This document shows, piece by piece, positions 48,270 to 48,674 of a stretch of DNA of 48,674 bases (position 1 is its first letter; the number at the start of each line of letters is the position of its first letter). The position numbers and the translations under genes are program-made. Below the pieces are notes generated by a model that worked only from the letters and a program-made list of their open reading frames with translations, was not told where the DNA came from and did no database searches. The stretch lies in the sequence record SRR20825006_2952; one strand, written 5' to 3'.

Positions 48270-48674
48270 TTATTTAATCAGAGTCATACGTTTGACTTCT
48301 GTGAATTTACTTGTAGAGAGACGATACAAATAGATACCACTTGGTAAGTCTTGAGCATCGAAAGTGAAGCTATGTAAGCCACTGCTCATCTTAGTATTTG
48401 TTATCAAATCCATCACTTTCTGACCTAGCATATTGAATACTGAAAGGCTTACAACATCAGTTTGTGATAGCTCAAAGCTAAGCACTGTTGTAGGATTGAA
48501 TGGATTAGGATAATTTTGATTTAGATGAATACCAGTAGGACGTTCTTGTTCAAACTCTTCTTCATTCGAAACAACGTTATCAACAGGAACATCACTTAAG
48601 TTTGTAATGCTCACATCATCCCAGTAAGTAGCGCCTTCAAAAGAATGCCAGTAACGAAGACGAATCTCCATTCC
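48270..48674 (-). CDS. T9SS-CTD secreted protein, 3' end (continues beyond the window)
   Basis: The frame is open to the window edge (GGA precedes the ATG at 48671, which is probably internal); YWDDVSI CBM-like strand, VSNEEE linker, QNYPNPFNP...LPSGIYLYRL...RMTLIK. Confidence 0.85.
   Translation of the reverse strand, partial: GMEIRLRYWHSFEGATYWDDVSITNLSDVPVDNVVSNEEEFEQERPTGIHLNQNYPNPFNPTTVLSFELSQTDVVSLSVFNMLGQKVMDLITNTKMSSGLHSFTFDAQDLPSGIYLYRLSTSKFTEVKRMTLIK

Overview
AT-rich bacterial DNA with every recognisable gene on the minus strand except one ROK regulator. Type IX secretion (T9SS) C-terminal domains of the 'VSNE...QNYPNPFNP...KMTLIK' style, Shine-Dalgarno sites and the lack of SusC/SusD pairs point to Balneolota/Rhodothermota rather than classical Bacteroidota; this is inferred, not confirmed by a search. 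There are three blocks. (1) 1-20770 is a beta-1,4-mannan utilisation locus: divergent ROK repressor, TonB-dependent receptor, a T9SS protein with CBM35-like modules where SusD would normally sit, Na+/solute symporter, GH130 mannosylglucose phosphorylase, cellobiose/mannobiose 2-epimerase, GH5_10, GH5_7, three GH26 and a sulfatase. (2) 20800-31507 is a mixed block: response regulator, two PAS/HisKA_2 kinases sharing a tandem-PAS cassette, a divergent nitronate-monooxygenase/FabX-like Cys-rich protein, an intact nosY, a 5'-truncated nosF (relic of an N2O-reductase cluster) and a PAP2 phosphatase. (3) 31921-48674 is a second, SusD-free sugar locus: partial T9SS cargo, TonB-dependent receptor, 1102-aa protein with a variant CTD, PorV-like barrel, CUT1 ABC binding protein plus two permeases without an ATPase, an unassigned (alpha/alpha)6-like lipoprotein, two GH130s and a secreted GDE_C-like hydrolase. 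Block 3 is the best candidate for an undescribed uptake and degradation system, possibly for beta-1,2-mannosides. No RNA genes, CRISPR arrays or transposases were recognised.
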